This document shows, in pieces, positions 29,948-38,855 of a stretch of 41,749 nucleotides of DNA. The translations under genes were made by a program, and so were the position numbers. Origin of the DNA: Bacteroidota bacterium (lineage in GTDB: Bacteria > Bacteroidota > Bacteroidia > Flavobacteriales_D > Crocinitomicaceae); assembly GCA_041161265.1 (NCBI GenBank), contig JBEAUV010000001.1, positions 1 to 41,749 of the forward strand, in the 5' to 3' direction. The notes below the pieces were generated by a model that saw only the letters and a program-made list of their open reading frames with translations, did no database searches and was not told the origin of the DNA. The first letter of the stretch is position 1, and every line of letters starts with the position of its first letter.

Positions 29948-31642
29948 ATGAGGCTGATTTTACTATGTTTCTTGCTTTTTTATTCTTCGGGCACCATGTG
30001 TCAGAAAAAATATTCTATTTCGTTTACAACGGAAAACTATAAAAAAGTTAAAAAAAATATTCAACTGTCTTTCAAAGATAGTATTTCAGCATTGAATTAT
30101 TTACAAGAATTGCAATATATCGCCATTTCTAAAGGATACCTAACTGCTTCTATTGATACTTTAAGATTTGAGCGAAACAAAATCATTACATCGTTTTTTA
30201 TCGGTGAGCGATTTGAAAAAATTGAACTTAATATAAAACCAGAAGACATTATTTTTCTGAAACGAAATTCGTCTTTAAGCGAAAAAGCAATTGCCTCAAT
30301 TCCATTTCGACCTGTAGAATTAAGTAAAACTTTGAAATCAATACACAATTCAACCACTTCAAATGGATATCCTTTTTCTAAGGTTTATCTTACTGATATC
30401 AATTTTTCAGATTCAGAATTAAAAGCAAATCTTACAATTATCAAGGGAGATTTCTATATTTTTAGTAAAATCAATGTAAAAGGAGATTCTTCTATTTCAA
30501 CAATTTTTATCTCGAGTTTAATTGATATCAAGGAGGGTGAATGTTTTGATGAATCCAAATTGAAGTCTATAAGTAAAACAATTAAACAACTTAGTTTTAT
30601 TAGGGAAATCAAACCTCATGAACTTCTATTTACAAAAGATGGTGTTGAGTTATTCCTTTATCTTGAGTCTATCCCTGTAAGTGCGATCAATGGTGCGATT
30701 GGACTTCAGCCAAAAGACAATACCACAAAAGTTGGACTAGCAGGAGAATTAAATTTAAAATTATTAAACGTGTTTAAACATGGGGAATCCGTAAATCTGA
30801 ATTGGCGTAGTATTCAAGAACAAACACAATCATTAAATGCAAAAATCAATTACCCCTTTCTTTTTCAAACCCCTTTTGGGATTGATTCACAATTTCAGTT
30901 ATACAAAAGGGATACTTCTTTTTTAGAATTAAAATCCACTTTTGGAATACAATATTTTTTAAAAGGGGGCAATTATCTGAAAGTATTTTACCAAAATTCC
31001 TCATCCAATATTTTAAATGGCGGGGCAAATAACCCCAATTTTACTAATTTATCGACTGTTAAATCCAATGCCTACGGAATAACCCTTTTTAGAAAACAAT
31101 TGGATTATATCCCAAATCCGTCTAAAGGATTTGGTTTGGTTCTAGAAGTTGCAATTGGAAGCAGGAAATCACAATTATCCGATACTTCTAATATTACTAA
31201 ATCAACCACTTATAGGTCAGCATTGCAAATTGATTGGTTTATTCCTTTAACACCAAGACACGTTATTCATCTAATTAACAGTACAGAAATGTATTACGCA
31301 CCTGTGATTTTTCAAAATGAAGTTTATCGTTTTGGAGGCCAAACATCTTTGCGCGGATTCAATGAAGAAGAATTATATGCAACATTAAGATCTGTTTTTA
31401 GTATTGAATACCGCTATTTATTAGATCAAAATTCACACATATTTGCATTTTTTGATCAAGGTCTCTATGAAAACAATGCCACTTCTTATAATAAAGACAG
31501 CCCATTTGGATTTGGAGCTGGTTTATCTTTTGGTACAAACATCGGAATCTTTTCAATTTCTTATGCTCTTGGCAAGCAATTGAGCAATCCAATTTTAATG
31601 CGCAATGGCAAAGTTCATTTCGGATATATTGCTTATTTTTAA
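29948..31642 (+). CDS. Omp85-family (BamA/TamA/TpsB-like) outer-membrane protein
   Basis: 564 aa counted from the ATG at 29948; the ORF-track start at 29939 is a TTG. The signal peptide ends at Cys18. A POTRA-like segment (ISKINVKGDSSISTIFISSLIDIKEGECFDESKL) is present. The loop-6-like motif is RFGGQTSLRGF, and the terminal beta-signal ends ...HFGYIAYF. Confidence 0.65.
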   Translation: MRLILLCFLLFYSSGTMCQKKYSISFTTENYKKVKKNIQLSFKDSISALNYLQELQYIAISKGYLTASIDTLRFERNKIITSFFIGERFEKIELNIKPEDIIFLKRNSSLSEKAIASIPFRPVELSKTLKSIHNSTTSNGYPFSKVYLTDINFSDSELKANLTIIKGDFYIFSKINVKGDSSISTIFISSLIDIKEGECFDESKLKSISKTIKQLSFIREIKPHELLFTKDGVELFLYLESIPVSAINGAIGLQPKDNTTKVGLAGELNLKLLNVFKHGESVNLNWRSIQEQTQSLNAKINYPFLFQTPFGIDSQFQLYKRDTSFLELKSTFGIQYFLKGGNYLKVFYQNSSSNILNGGANNPNFTNLSTVKSNAYGITLFRKQLDYIPNPSKGFGLVLEVAIGSRKSQLSDTSNITKSTTYRSALQIDWFIPLTPRHVIHLINSTEMYYAPVIFQNEVYRFGGQTSLRGFNEEELYATLRSVFSIEYRYLLDQNSHIFAFFDQGLYENNATSYNKDSPFGFGAGLSFGTNIGIFSISYALGKQLSNPILMRNGKVHFGYIAYF

Positions 31643-31667
31643 AATGGTGCTTTAAAAATCCAGTTGA

Positions 31668-32435
31668 TTATTTTCTACTTTCTTGCATTGATGATCTTAT
31701 TTCTTTCATGAAATCAGAAGCATAAACAAAATTTAAAATTTCAGGATTTTCAGTTGTAATAATAGATTTACGATCTCCTTGCCACCAATTTTGACCGTTA
31801 TGTATAAACATAATATTGTCACTTATTTCTATTACGCTATTCATATCATGCGAAATAACTACTGTTGTGATATTATATTCGTAGGTGATTTCTTTGATCA
31901 AACCATCAATAATAATTGAGGTAATTGGATCCAACCCTGAATTTGGTTCGTCACAAAAAAGGTATTTAGGGTTCATGGCAATTGCTCTAGCAATGCCAAT
32001 TCTTTTTTGCATCCCGCCACTACATTCTGCTGGATATAATTTATTTTTTCCATTCAAGTTAACCCGATCAAGACAGAAATCAACACGATCTTGCATTTCT
32101 TTCTTTGTCTTTTTGGTGAACATAGTCAACGGAAACATAACATTTTCCTCAACAGTCATTGAATCGAATAGTGCGGAGCCTTGAAACAACATTCCGATCT
32201 CCTTTCTTACTTCAGTTCTTTGAATTCGATTCATAGCCGAAAAATCCTGGCCATCAAATAAAACTTGACCTGAATCAACCTCATGCAGGCCAACAATACA
32301 CTTAGCTAAAACTGATTTACCAGAGCCAGATTGACCAATAATCATATTTACCTTTCCTTGCTCAAAAACGGAGTTGATGTCTGTTAACACATTTTTTCCA
32401 GCAAAAGCCTTGTTAACGTTTTTAACTTCTATCAT
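31668..32435 (-). CDS. ABC transporter ATP-binding protein, MlaF-like
   Basis: 255 aa with Walker A GQSGSGKS, signature CSGGMQKR and Walker B LFCDEPNSGLD. It overlaps the upstream permease gene by 4 nt (ATGA). Confidence 0.85.
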   Translation of the reverse strand: MIEVKNVNKAFAGKNVLTDINSVFEQGKVNMIIGQSGSGKSVLAKCIVGLHEVDSGQVLFDGQDFSAMNRIQRTEVRKEIGMLFQGSALFDSMTVEENVMFPLTMFTKKTKKEMQDRVDFCLDRVNLNGKNKLYPAECSGGMQKRIGIARAIAMNPKYLFCDEPNSGLDPITSIIIDGLIKEITYEYNITTVVISHDMNSVIEISDNIMFIHNGQNWWQGDRKSIITTENPEILNFVYASDFMKEIRSSMQESRK

Positions 32436-33172
32436 AATAACATTAATTGCGTAAGAATGAAATTGGCAATTAAAATTGCTATACTGCTACTAACAACAGC
32501 TTGCGTTGATGATCTACCAACATCAAGAGCACCACCTTTAGTATAATATCCATAAAATGAGGCAATAGAAACAATCAAGAACCCAAATACAATTGTTTTA
32601 GTCAAAGCGTAAAAAACATTGTAAACTTCAAAAAATGAACGAATTCCTAACACATACGTTTCAGTTGTAAGCAATCCCGAAGTAGTTAACGCTAACCATC
32701 CGCCGATCATACTTAGACCCATTGAAAAAATAACCAAAATCGGAAAGAAAAAAACTGCGGCTACAATTTTAGGTAAAACCAAAAAGGTCAAAGAATTAAC
32801 TCCCATTATTTCTAATGCATCAATTTGTTCAGTTACTCTCATCGAACCAATTTCGGAAGCTACATTTGAACCAACTTTTCCAGCGAGGATTAAAGAGATA
32901 ATAGTAGGTGAAAATTCTAAAATTGTACTTGATTGAGTGATATAACCAACCGTGTAATCAGGAAGTAAAGGATTGTCTATATTTGAAGCTGTTTGAAGAG
33001 CAATTACAGCCCCCATAAAAGTGGACATCAAAATAACAATTGGAATTGATTTAATCCCAATTATTTCAATTTCATTGAAAATACGTTTACGAAATATTTT
33101 CATTTTCTCTGGTCGTGAAAAAATCACTCCTAGCATCAAAATATAACGGCCTATATTTGTAATTACATTCAT
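32432..33172 (-). CDS. MlaE-family ABC transporter permease
   Basis: 246-aa membrane protein with MlaE-like sequence (EIGSMRVTEQIDALEIMGVN). Confidence 0.85.
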   Translation of the reverse strand: MNVITNIGRYILMLGVIFSRPEKMKIFRKRIFNEIEIIGIKSIPIVILMSTFMGAVIALQTASNIDNPLLPDYTVGYITQSSTILEFSPTIISLILAGKVGSNVASEIGSMRVTEQIDALEIMGVNSLTFLVLPKIVAAVFFFPILVIFSMGLSMIGGWLALTTSGLLTTETYVLGIRSFFEVYNVFYALTKTIVFGFLIVSIASFYGYYTKGGALDVGRSSTQAVVSSSIAILIANFILTQLMLL

Positions 33173-33264
33173 GAACCGCTAAGTTAATTGATATTTCTTT
33201 CATTCACATTGATAAGCTGAAAACTTTATAAAAATTAAGTGTTCATTTCATGTAAATTTAGCCT

Positions 33265-33918
33265 GTGAAAAAGCAAAGTTTAACAAAACGAATTCAGGTA
33301 ACTGAGGCATACAAAAAATTTGTACCCGACGCCTTTGTTGAAATTGTCGTTGATTTGTTTTTAAAATCATCCGTAAAATTTAAAATTGTAGGAGGTCGTA
33401 AAACTAAACTTGGTGATTTTAGAGCTGGATTAAATGGTGAAAAACATCAAATCACGATTAATGGTGATTTGAATCCTTATTCTTTTCTTATCACAACTTT
33501 ACATGAATTTGCCCATTTAAATACTTTTAATCTTTATCAGAATCGTGTTGCTCCGCATGGAGAAGAGTGGAAAAATGCATTTCGAGAATTACTTTTACCT
33601 GTAATTCAAAGTGGAAATCTTCCAAAAGATATTGAAAAGGCATTGGTGAACTCACTAGTAAATACAAAAGCATCTTCATGTTCAGATCATCAATTATCGC
33701 GTGTTTTACACACCTATGACAAACCAAAAGAGGGGATAGAAATACTTGAACACTTGCCAAATAATTCTACCTTTGTTCTGAATGGCAGACATTTTATAAA
33801 AGGCCCATTGCGAAGAAAAAGATTCGTTTGCCAAGAAGTAAAAACAAGCAGATCTTTTCTTGTAAACGCTTTAGCAAAAGTTTATCCAATTGAAATAAAA
33901 AAACAAAATGAAGAATAA
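33265..33918 (+). CDS. SprT-like zinc-metalloprotease-domain protein
   Basis: 217 aa with R.TKLGDFR followed by the HExxH motif (LHEFAHL). The start is GTG at 33265; the only nearby upstream ATG (33250-33252) lies in another reading frame and is followed immediately by TAA. Confidence 0.65.
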   Translation: MKKQSLTKRIQVTEAYKKFVPDAFVEIVVDLFLKSSVKFKIVGGRKTKLGDFRAGLNGEKHQITINGDLNPYSFLITTLHEFAHLNTFNLYQNRVAPHGEEWKNAFRELLLPVIQSGNLPKDIEKALVNSLVNTKASSCSDHQLSRVLHTYDKPKEGIEILEHLPNNSTFVLNGRHFIKGPLRRKRFVCQEVKTSRSFLVNALAKVYPIEIKKQNEE

Positions 33919-34996
33919 CAATTATTGTATTATTATGGCTGGCGGGGTTGGTAGTCGATTTTGGCCTATGTCAACACCTCAAAAACCAAAACAATTTTTA
34001 GACGTTTTAGGTATAGGGAAATCTTTAATTCAAATGACTTATGAACGTTTATTATTGACTGCTCCAAAAGAAAATATATATATCTTAACGAATACAAATT
34101 ACGCATCAATTGTAAAGGAGCAATTACCTGATTTAACTTTTGATCAAATATTAACTGAACCTAAAAGAAAAAATACTGCTCCATGCATTGCCTATGCTGC
34201 AGCAAAAATTATGGCGAAAAATCCTGAAGCAACGTTAGTTATTTCACCATCAGATCATTTAATTGTTAAAGAAAATCGTTTCACTGAAATCATTGCAACT
34301 GCAATAAATCGAGCAAATGAAGATGATAGACTTGTCACTTTAGGAATTCAACCTACCAGGCCTGACGCAGGATATGGCTACATTGAATTTTCTAAAACAA
34401 ATAACATTAAGGCGGGAGAAGTAACAAATGTAATTCAATTTAGAGAAAAGCCAGATTTAGAAACGGCAATTGAATTCGTTGAAAGTGGGAATTTCTATTG
34501 GAATTCCGGGATTTTTGTTTGGAAAGCTAAAACAATTTTAGATGCATTGTTAAATTTTCAACCTGCTTTACATAATTTATTTACTGGAAATTTATCAGCT
34601 TATAACACTGAAAATGAGCAGGATTATGTCAACAATTGCTTCGAACTTTGTGAGGATATTTCTATTGATTTTGCAGTAATGGAAAATGCTAAAAATACAG
34701 ATGTTGTATTAGCAGATTTTGATTGGAGTGATCTTGGTACTTGGGGAAGTTTAAATTCTCACTTATCTAAGGATGAAAACAACAATTCAATTGTCGGTGG
34801 AAATGCACATTTATTTAATTCAACGAATTGTCTTGTGAACATCCCTCAAAACAAATTAGTTTTACTCGATGGATTGAATGATTACATCATCGTAGAATCA
34901 GAAAATATGCTCATGGTATTAAAAAGTGAAAATGAACAAGAATTAAAAAATTATTTAAAACAAATAGAAATTAAAAGTCCAAGATTTTTTGAATAA
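33908..34996 (+). CDS. manC: mannose-1-phosphate guanylyltransferase
   Basis: 362 aa with the N-terminal nucleotidyltransferase motif IMAGGVGSRFWPMS. It overlaps the preceding gene by 11 nt. Confidence 0.85.
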   Translation: MKNNNYCIIMAGGVGSRFWPMSTPQKPKQFLDVLGIGKSLIQMTYERLLLTAPKENIYILTNTNYASIVKEQLPDLTFDQILTEPKRKNTAPCIAYAAAKIMAKNPEATLVISPSDHLIVKENRFTEIIATAINRANEDDRLVTLGIQPTRPDAGYGYIEFSKTNNIKAGEVTNVIQFREKPDLETAIEFVESGNFYWNSGIFVWKAKTILDALLNFQPALHNLFTGNLSAYNTENEQDYVNNCFELCEDISIDFAVMENAKNTDVVLADFDWSDLGTWGSLNSHLSKDENNNSIVGGNAHLFNSTNCLVNIPQNKLVLLDGLNDYIIVESENMLMVLKSENEQELKNYLKQIEIKSPRFFE

Positions 34997-35034
34997 AAAA
35001 AGGGAGTTCAAAATTTTGAACTCCCTTTTTTTTT
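34995..35034. terminator. Bidirectional rho-independent terminator shared by manC (+) and the plug-domain gene (-)
   Basis: A perfect 24-nt palindrome, GGGAGTTCAAAATTTTGAACTCCC (35002-35025), is flanked by A7 on the left and T9 on the right. It abuts both stop codons. Confidence 0.85.
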
Positions 35035-35755
35035 AATTTTTTTTCAATTCTTCTCTTTCCCATGCACGATAAAGATCAAAATAACTTAGTGTTTCAACAA
35101 CAACGGCACCTCCAAGTGTATCACCATATTTAGCCGGCAATCCTCCAGTATAAACCATCATCCTAGCAATAGAGCAACTTGGAACATTACTTATCTCTGT
35201 ACTTTTAATTCCATCCATTAAATAAATCATGTCCCCTTTCCGAGCTCCTCTAAACATTAATTGACCATCATCTGCCATTCTAATTTCTGATGACATTGTA
35301 GTTGCTAGACTAGCGATACTGAACTTTGCTGAGCTTTGTTGAATTTCTTCAGCAGTAATTGTTTTTACTGGTAAAGAACCATATTCTAATTTCATTCGAC
35401 CATCATCAGCTTTAACATTAATTACCCCTAACATTTTTGAAGCATTAAATTCAATTGTACCAGATTGATAAATTCCGTCCATTGGAACATTAACAGCGAT
35501 ATTATTCATTGTATCGCCATGATATTTAATTTGCATTGTGTATTCTCCAGCAGGAATAGCTGTTATTCTAAATCTTCCATCTTCATCAGAAAGTGCCTGA
35601 TATTTGCGATCTTGATCAATCACAAATACTTGTGCACCAAAAATCGTTTCAGCATTTTCACTATTGATAATTGTTCCTACAATTTCTCCAGGTGCGTTTT
35701 GACAAAAGATAGCATTTGATACAAATAGCCATCCAATTAACATGTACTTTTTCAT
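35033..35755 (-). CDS. CarboxypepD_reg plus TonB-dependent-receptor plug domain protein with no beta-barrel
   Basis: I trimmed the ORF-track frame to the ATG at 35753-35755 (MKKYMLIGWLFVSNAIFCQ, a signal peptide). That gives 240 aa and removes the overlap with fabD. The CarboxypepD_reg-like segment is GTIINSENAETIFGAQVFV...DEDGRFRITAIPAGEYTM. The plug-like segment is TITAEEIQQ...FRGARKGDMIYLMDGI...GGAVVVET. Confidence 0.65.
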   Translation of the reverse strand: MKKYMLIGWLFVSNAIFCQNAPGEIVGTIINSENAETIFGAQVFVIDQDRKYQALSDEDGRFRITAIPAGEYTMQIKYHGDTMNNIAVNVPMDGIYQSGTIEFNASKMLGVINVKADDGRMKLEYGSLPVKTITAEEIQQSSAKFSIASLATTMSSEIRMADDGQLMFRGARKGDMIYLMDGIKSTEISNVPSCSIARMMVYTGGLPAKYGDTLGGAVVVETLSYFDLYRAWEREELKKN

Positions 35756-35805
35756 AATCTTCTTTTTAAGTTTTCTATAGGATGTTATTCTAAATATATT
35801 TCCAC

Positions 35806-35834
35806 AAAAAAAGGTTCTCAAAATTGAGAACCTT
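35806..35834 (-). terminator. Rho-independent terminator after fabD
   Basis: Minus-strand RNA forms the stem AAGGUUCUCA / UGAGAACCUU (10 bp) around a 4-nt loop, followed by a U-run. It lies 22 nt past the fabD stop. Confidence 0.8.
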
Positions 35835-35855
35835 CTTATTTCATTGAATAAAATT

Positions 35856-36737
35856 CTATATTTCAGCACTAGAACAAGGGAAGGCTCTATCTACTTTCTT
35901 AAATAATCCTTGTAATACTTTTCCTGGTCCAACCTCTATAACTTCTGTTGCACCATCGGCAATCATTTGATTCATTGTTTGTGTCCATTTTACTGGAGCT
36001 GTTAATTGCAAAATCAGATTCTTTTGAATTTCGATTGGATTAATTACTGCTTTAGCAGTAACATTTTGATAAATTGGACAAATAGGTTTATTAAATAATG
36101 TTGATTCAATAGCTGAAGCCAATTCTTCTCTTGCTGGCTCCATTAAAGGTGAATGAAATGCTCCACCTACAGGTAGTAATAAAGCACGTTTTGCTCCGGC
36201 CTCAGTTAATTTTACACAAGCTTCTTCAACAGCAGGAATTGATCCAGAAATAACCAATTGTCCAGGACAATTATAATTTGCGGCTACTACAACTCCATCT
36301 ATTTTTTTACAAATTTCTTCGACAATAATATCCTCTAAACCCAAAATTGCGGCCATGGTTGATGGTTCTTTCTCACATGCTTTTTGCATTGCTAACGCTC
36401 GTTGATAAACCAATTTCAATCCGTCTTCAAAATTCAATGTCTTGTTCGCCACCAAAGCAGAAAACTCCCCTAGAGAATGACCTGCTACCATATTTGGGTT
36501 GAAATTATTCCCAAGACATGATGCTAGAATTGTTGAATGTAAGAATATTGCTGGTTGAGTAACTTTTGTTTGTTTCAGTTCTTCATCAGAACCTTCAAAC
36601 ATGATTTTTGTAATATCAAAACCAAGAATTTGATTTGCCTGGGAGAATAGATCTTTTGCCATAGTAGAATTCTCATATAACTCTTTTCCCATTCCTGAAA
36701 ATTGGGCACCTTGTCCAGGGAATACATATGCTTTCAT
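35856..36737 (-). CDS. fabD: malonyl-CoA:ACP transacylase
   Basis: I took the start at the ATG at 36735-36737 (MKAYVFPGQGAQ). The active-site motif GHSLGEFSA is present. 293 aa. Confidence 0.93.
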   Translation of the reverse strand: MKAYVFPGQGAQFSGMGKELYENSTMAKDLFSQANQILGFDITKIMFEGSDEELKQTKVTQPAIFLHSTILASCLGNNFNPNMVAGHSLGEFSALVANKTLNFEDGLKLVYQRALAMQKACEKEPSTMAAILGLEDIIVEEICKKIDGVVVAANYNCPGQLVISGSIPAVEEACVKLTEAGAKRALLLPVGGAFHSPLMEPAREELASAIESTLFNKPICPIYQNVTAKAVINPIEIQKNLILQLTAPVKWTQTMNQMIADGATEVIEVGPGKVLQGLFKKVDRAFPCSSAEI

Positions 36738-36760
36738 ATAATTAGATTTCAATTAAGGAA

Positions 36761-36768
36761 CAAAAATA
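36761..36768 (-). promoter_or_regulatory. Candidate -7 box for fabD
   Basis: The minus strand reads TATTTTTG (TAnnTTTG) 23 nt upstream of the fabD ATG, just downstream of the preceding terminator. I did not find a -33 element. Confidence 0.4.
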
Positions 36769-36790
36769 ATGAAACTTACCATCTAGGCAT

Positions 36791-36820
36791 AAAAAAAGGG
36801 TCGGTATTACTACCGACCCT
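36791..36820 (-). terminator. Rho-independent terminator after the T9SS cargo gene
   Basis: The stem AGGGTCGGTA / TACCGACCCT (10 bp) closes a 4-nt loop. A U-run follows on the minus strand (A-run 36791-36796 on the plus strand). Confidence 0.85.
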
Positions 36821-36840
36821 TTCAAATTATGAATTAAAGA

Positions 36841-38655
36841 TTATTTTCTAACAATCAATTTTTCAGTTGAAACATTTCCATTAACAGAAACGTTCACCAT
36901 ATAAACACCACTTGTAAGGTTTTCAGTATTTACATTTATATTTTGAGCACCACTAACAGTACCTAACGCATTTGTAATAATTACTTTACCTGCAAGATCA
37001 GTTACATTAACAGAAACAGTTGATTCGTTTGTTAAAGAAAAAGAAACAGTTGTGTTTGTGTTTGTAGGATTAGGATAAACATTCATACCTAAAGTGTTTT
37101 CTAACTCAGAAACAGACAAAGAAGGATCAAAGTTCAAACGTACCATTGGAGTAGAAGTTGTAAAGTACCAAGTTTGATCAGTACCATCATAAAAGTAAGA
37201 AGTATTATCATCTGAAATACCTGAAGTAGCGACTACTAAATCATTTGTAGCGCCACCATCACCAAAACTAGCAATAACAGCTAAATAACTTTCCCCTGCA
37301 GTTAATGCTTGAGTATTTAATAAAATAAATGTGATTTTTTGACCTAAGTCAGTATCAGTTAAAATATAAGGCGATGATTCGTCCATATAAACAAAATCAC
37401 CTGTTGCTGCATCAATAGAGTATAATTTCACATATACTTCTGCACCAGCTTCAGCATTTGCACCAATAACAACGTCAATTCCTCTTAAGTCTTGATCGTT
37501 AACAATGTCAAAAATATTTCCAGCTTCAAATTCATCTCCTGAATTGAAAGAACCACCATCAATAACGTCTGCATCACGAGCATAGTTATAATTTGTAATG
37601 TTAATTGTCAAAGGAGTAGTATTATCCGCAGGAAATGCATCAGTAGCACCAGATGTAGTCGCGAAAGTCACAGTGTGTGAAGCAACTGCAGTAGGAGGTG
37701 TAAATTGAGTTAAACAATCCATAGTATCTATTTGATTTGCAACTAAATTATATTGCGCTGACGCAGCAGTATAAAGAGACGGAATGATTGCAGAGAATGT
37801 TATAGCTGATTGTGACAATACACCATAATTCAAAACAATTCCAGAAAAATCAATAGGAGCTATTTGAGTTGTAGGAATTTGGTAATAAGGTAATCTTGCT
37901 CCCCAGAATCCAGTTGAACCCCAATATGCTTTTGTTAATTTTAAATCATAATCATCAATTACTGTGATGCTGACATCATCAACTGCCCAGTACCATCCCC
38001 AGTAATCATTATCATCATAATAGAATTGAATTAAAACTTGAGTTTGCCCACCTGCTACTGCAGAAATATCAACAGAAGTCATGTGAGGATTATCAGAATT
38101 TTGATTTGGTGTAGAGTAATCAGTTTGATTCGTAATTTCGAAATCTGTCCAATTAAGTCCGTTATCTCCTGATACACGAACACCTCTCGTGTCATGCCAC
38201 CATCTAAAATTGTGTTGGAAGTTTAATCGTACATTTGGCTTACCAAACAAATTAATTGCCAATGCATTTGTTGCCGTTGTAATAATTCTTGTTCCATTTG
38301 CATCAGCATTATTGTTAGCATCTGAATTTACAAATAAGAAACCATTTGCCGCAGTTGAAGAAGCAAAAGGAACTAATGAAGTTGGCAAATTTGTTACTAA
38401 ATCTGATAAGGTTGGGTCAGAAGAAAAACTCCATTCTTCAATGTTTGTTCCATTATTTGCAATAGTCCAATCTAAAGGATCGGAAAAATCACTATCCCAA
38501 AGAACAACTGCTTTTTCAGTAGGAGTAACTTTATGCGTTTTCACAGTTCCAACTGATTGTGAATTTCTTTTTATTAGAGGTTGAGCTGAATTCACCTGAG
38601 CAAATCCAGTATTTAATGCTAATAACCCAACAAGGCTAAAGTATAATTTCTTCAT
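36841..38655 (-). CDS. secreted protein with a T9SS type-A C-terminal sorting domain; function unknown
   Basis: 604 aa with the signal peptide MKKLYFSLVGLLALNTGFAQ. The C-terminal ~80 aa (NVYPNPTNTNTTVSFSL...SGVYMVNVSVNGNVSTEKLIVRK) look like a Por/T9SS CTD. The N-terminal ~230 aa (W...WHDTRGVRVSGDNGLNW...YWGWYWAVDDVSITV) resemble a MAM / choice-of-anchor-J type domain. Confidence 0.75.
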   Translation of the reverse strand: MKKLYFSLVGLLALNTGFAQVNSAQPLIKRNSQSVGTVKTHKVTPTEKAVVLWDSDFSDPLDWTIANNGTNIEEWSFSSDPTLSDLVTNLPTSLVPFASSTAANGFLFVNSDANNNADANGTRIITTATNALAINLFGKPNVRLNFQHNFRWWHDTRGVRVSGDNGLNWTDFEITNQTDYSTPNQNSDNPHMTSVDISAVAGGQTQVLIQFYYDDNDYWGWYWAVDDVSITVIDDYDLKLTKAYWGSTGFWGARLPYYQIPTTQIAPIDFSGIVLNYGVLSQSAITFSAIIPSLYTAASAQYNLVANQIDTMDCLTQFTPPTAVASHTVTFATTSGATDAFPADNTTPLTINITNYNYARDADVIDGGSFNSGDEFEAGNIFDIVNDQDLRGIDVVIGANAEAGAEVYVKLYSIDAATGDFVYMDESSPYILTDTDLGQKITFILLNTQALTAGESYLAVIASFGDGGATNDLVVATSGISDDNTSYFYDGTDQTWYFTTSTPMVRLNFDPSLSVSELENTLGMNVYPNPTNTNTTVSFSLTNESTVSVNVTDLAGKVIITNALGTVSGAQNINVNTENLTSGVYMVNVSVNGNVSTEKLIVRK

Positions 38656-38855
38656 GATTTAATTGTTTAAGATTTTACCTAAAATTAGAAAACTTTTGTT
38701 AATTACCAAAAGTGTTTTTTACTATCGACGATATTGGGAGTTAATTGGTTGGTGATAATTTGAAAAAATATTTAATTATCCTTTATGAAATTCGATTTTA
38801 TATTGAATTCAATGTCAAGATAGAAATGGTTGGGAAAAATGCTTTATAAATAGAA

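Noticed and set aside
38189-38584. A 131-aa plus-strand ORF antisense to the T9SS cargo gene, and similar antisense ORFs at 31885-32184, 35465-35719, 20085-20330, 21760-21978, 23683-24070, 27978-28166, 30097-30357, 30846-31028, 31398-31592, 33527-33760, 39741-39971 and 40750-40989.
   Set aside because: Several start at GTG or TTG only, all lie entirely inside well-supported genes, and none has a recognisable motif or signal. They are most likely chance open frames.
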